Shown one piece after another: positions 30,380 to 32,000 of a DNA stretch of 32,000 bases. A model generated the notes under the pieces. The model had not been told where the DNA came from and made no database searches. It saw nothing but the letters and a program-made list of their open reading frames with translations. This stretch comes from Longivirga aurantiaca. Lineage in GTDB: Bacteria > Actinomycetota > Actinomycetes > S36-B12 > CAIYMF01. The stretch lies in the NCBI RefSeq assembly GCF_042660085.1, contig NZ_JBHSTI010000008.1, positions 2,295,604 to 2,327,603 on the forward strand, given 5' to 3'. Both the position numbers and the translations under genes were made by a program. Positions within the stretch are counted from its first letter, which is position 1. Each line of letters starts with the position of its first letter.

Positions 30380-32000
30380 TCACGATGCCATCACCGGCGC
30401 CTTCTGGCCCGGCATCCGCGCAGCGCCACGCTGGAGGACGAGGCCGGGCCGCTGCGCGCGGAGCGTCATCAGCCCTCCGTCCAGGCTCGCGGAGTCGAAG
30501 CCGTTCTGGGCCAGAACGCGGTGCGCGAGGTACGACCGGAAGCCGCTGGCGCACAGGACGCGCACGGGTCGACCGGCCGCGGCCTGGCGCACGTCGTCGA
30601 GGTGGTCGCGCAGCTCGGTGTGCGGCACGTTGTACGAGCCGGGCAGGTGCCCGCCCTCCACCTCGACCTCCGACCGGACGTCGAGGAGCAGGACGTCGTC
30701 CCCGAAGCCGTCGAGGTCGTCCGGGCCCCAGGCCCGGAGCGTGCCGTCGAGGATGTTCTGGGCCATGAAGCCGGCCATGTTGACCGGGTCCTTCGCGCTG
30801 CCGAACGGCGGCGCATAGGCGAGCTCGAGCTCGGCGAGGTCGTCGACGGTCATGCCCGCGCGCAGCGCGGTGGCGATGACGTCGATGCGCTTGTCGACGC
30901 CGTCCTTGCCCACCGCCTGAGCGCCGAGCACGCGACCCTCCGGCGTGAACAGCAGCACGAGGTGCACCGGCTTGGCCCCGGGGTAGTAGCCGGCATGGCT
31001 TCCGGGGTGCAGGTGGACGACGTGGTGCTCGACACCGGCCGCCGTGAGCCGGCGCGACGTCGGACCGGTGACAGCCGCAGTGAGGCCGAAGACCTTCACG
31101 ACGGCGGTGCCGAGCACAGGCTGGGAGGTGCGCGCCCGACCGAGGATCGAGTCGGCGGCGGTGCGGCCCTGGCGGTTGGCCGGGCCGGCGAGCGGCACGA
31201 CGCCGGGCACGCCGGTGACGGCGTCGATCACCTGGATCGCGTCACCGACGGCCCAGATGCTCGGGTCGCTCGTGCGCTGGTCAGCGGTGACCACGACGGC
31301 GCCGCGGTCGGACAGCTCGAGGCCGGCGTCGCGGGCGAGGGCGGTCGACGGCTTCACGCCGACGCCGAGCAGCACGACGTCGGCCGCGAGCCGGGAGCCG
31401 TCGGCGAGGACGACGTCGACCGGGTGGTCGGTGGTCGAGTCCTCGACGGCTGCGAAGCCGGTGCCGACGCGGACGTCGACGTGGTGCAGGCGGAGCTCGG
31501 CCTCGACGAGCGCCGCCATCTCGGCATCGATCGCGGGCAGCACCTGCGGCGCCATCTCGACGAGGGTGACGTCGAGGCCGCGGCGGCGGAACGCCTCCAC
31601 GGTCTCGAGGCCGATGAAGCCCGCGCCGATGACGACAGCCTTCTGCGCGCCGGCCGCGAGCATCGCGCGCAGGACGTCGGCGTCCGGCACGGTGCGCAGC
31701 GTGCGCACCTGCGGGCGGTCGAGCCCGGGCAGCGGGGGGACGATCGGGTCGGCGCCTGTGGCGAGCACGAGCGCGTCGTACGGCAGCACGACGTCGACGT
31801 CGTGGACGAGATCGCGAGCAGTGACCGTCCTGCCCTCGCGGTCGATCGAGCGCACGTCGTGGTGCACGCGGACGTCGAGGTCGAGGGACGATTCGAGGCT
31901 GTCGGGGGTGTGCAGCAGCAGGGCGTCCCGGTGCGGGATCTCGCCGCCCACGTGGTACGGCAGGCCGCAGTTGGCGAAGGAGACCTCGCCTCCGCGCTCG
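30380..32000 (-). CDS. CoA-disulfide-reductase-family FAD/NAD(P)H oxidoreductase with a C-terminal rhodanese domain (persulfide-reductase type); N-terminus outside window
   Basis: The reverse complement of 31952-32000 reads ERGGEVSFANCGLPYHVGGEI, so the redox Cys (codon at 31967-31969) and the true start lie beyond the track's internal GTG. There is a second dinucleotide fold VVIGAGFIGLE. The C-terminal rhodanese domain has LLLDVRSEVE...VLCASGFRS. Confidence 0.85.
   Translation of the reverse strand, partial: ERGGEVSFANCGLPYHVGGEIPHRDALLLHTPDSLESSLDLDVRVHHDVRSIDREGRTVTARDLVHDVDVVLPYDALVLATGADPIVPPLPGLDRPQVRTLRTVPDADVLRAMLAAGAQKAVVIGAGFIGLETVEAFRRRGLDVTLVEMAPQVLPAIDAEMAALVEAELRLHHVDVRVGTGFAAVEDSTTDHPVDVVLADGSRLAADVVLLGVGVKPSTALARDAGLELSDRGAVVVTADQRTSDPSIWAVGDAIQVIDAVTGVPGVVPLAGPANRQGRTAADSILGRARTSQPVLGTAVVKVFGLTAAVTGPTSRRLTAAGVEHHVVHLHPGSHAGYYPGAKPVHLVLLFTPEGRVLGAQAVGKDGVDKRIDVIATALRAGMTVDDLAELELAYAPPFGSAKDPVNMAGFMAQNILDGTLRAWGPDDLDGFGDDVLLLDVRSEVEVEGGHLPGSYNVPHTELRDHLDDVRQAAAGRPVRVLCASGFRSYLAHRVLAQNGFDSASLDGGLMTLRAQRPGLVLQRGAARMPGQKAPVMAS

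Noticed and set aside
1-32000. CRISPR arrays, rRNA genes, IS elements, toxin-antitoxin pairs and known defence systems
   Set aside because: None was seen on either strand. The only repeats are short tandem duplications and hairpins, listed individually above.

Overview
This is a very GC-rich chromosomal segment with GC-saturated third codon positions, typical of a Micrococcales-type actinobacterium (lineage is inference). It is densely packed with about 36 protein genes and 2 tRNAs. I see no transposase, integrase, phage gene, CRISPR array or recognisable defence gene. Gene blocks in order:

- **1-3666:** tail of a CoxL-like Mo-enzyme gene, then maturation genes XdhC-YHS fusion, CoxD-like MoxR ATPase and CoxE-like VWA protein.
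- **3670-4701:** threonine aldolase.
- **4765-10535:** two paralogous secreted metzincin-type metalloproteases bracketing orn and tRNA-His.
- **10674-11669:** two small membrane proteins.
- **12014-15781:** arginine deiminase cluster arcD-arcA-arcB, with no arcC in the window.
- **15859-18994:** DUF1761 protein, SLC13/TrkA-C permease and a GreA/Rnk-like factor.
- **19230-22052:** a translationally coupled isochorismatase-pxpA-pxpB-pxpC operon.
- **22216-24149:** a small ORF, tRNA-Lys(CTT), a PPOX/F420-type protein and a Gly/Asp-rich secreted protein.
- **24210-29007:** a GroES-like/SDR/DoxX operon, a DUF3618 protein and a metal ABC importer (SBP-ATPase-permease).
- **29200-32000:** bcp, then a rhodanese / CstR-like / CoA-disulfide-reductase-rhodanese sulfur cluster that runs off the 3' edge.

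I found no convincing new multi-gene system. The most unusual items are:

- the duplicated uncharacterised metalloprotease pair, with signs of rearrangement next to tRNA-His: a repeat of the tRNA 3' end and an orphan hydrolase-like fragment that keeps its own terminator;
- the XdhC-YHS fusion;
- a His-less CsoR-family (CstR-like) regulator in a persulfide-type cluster;
- several discrete low-GC palindromes and direct repeats in intergenic regions that look like operators.

Many long ORFs in the supplied track are antisense or shadow frames of real genes and were rejected. Start codons are approximate where stated.
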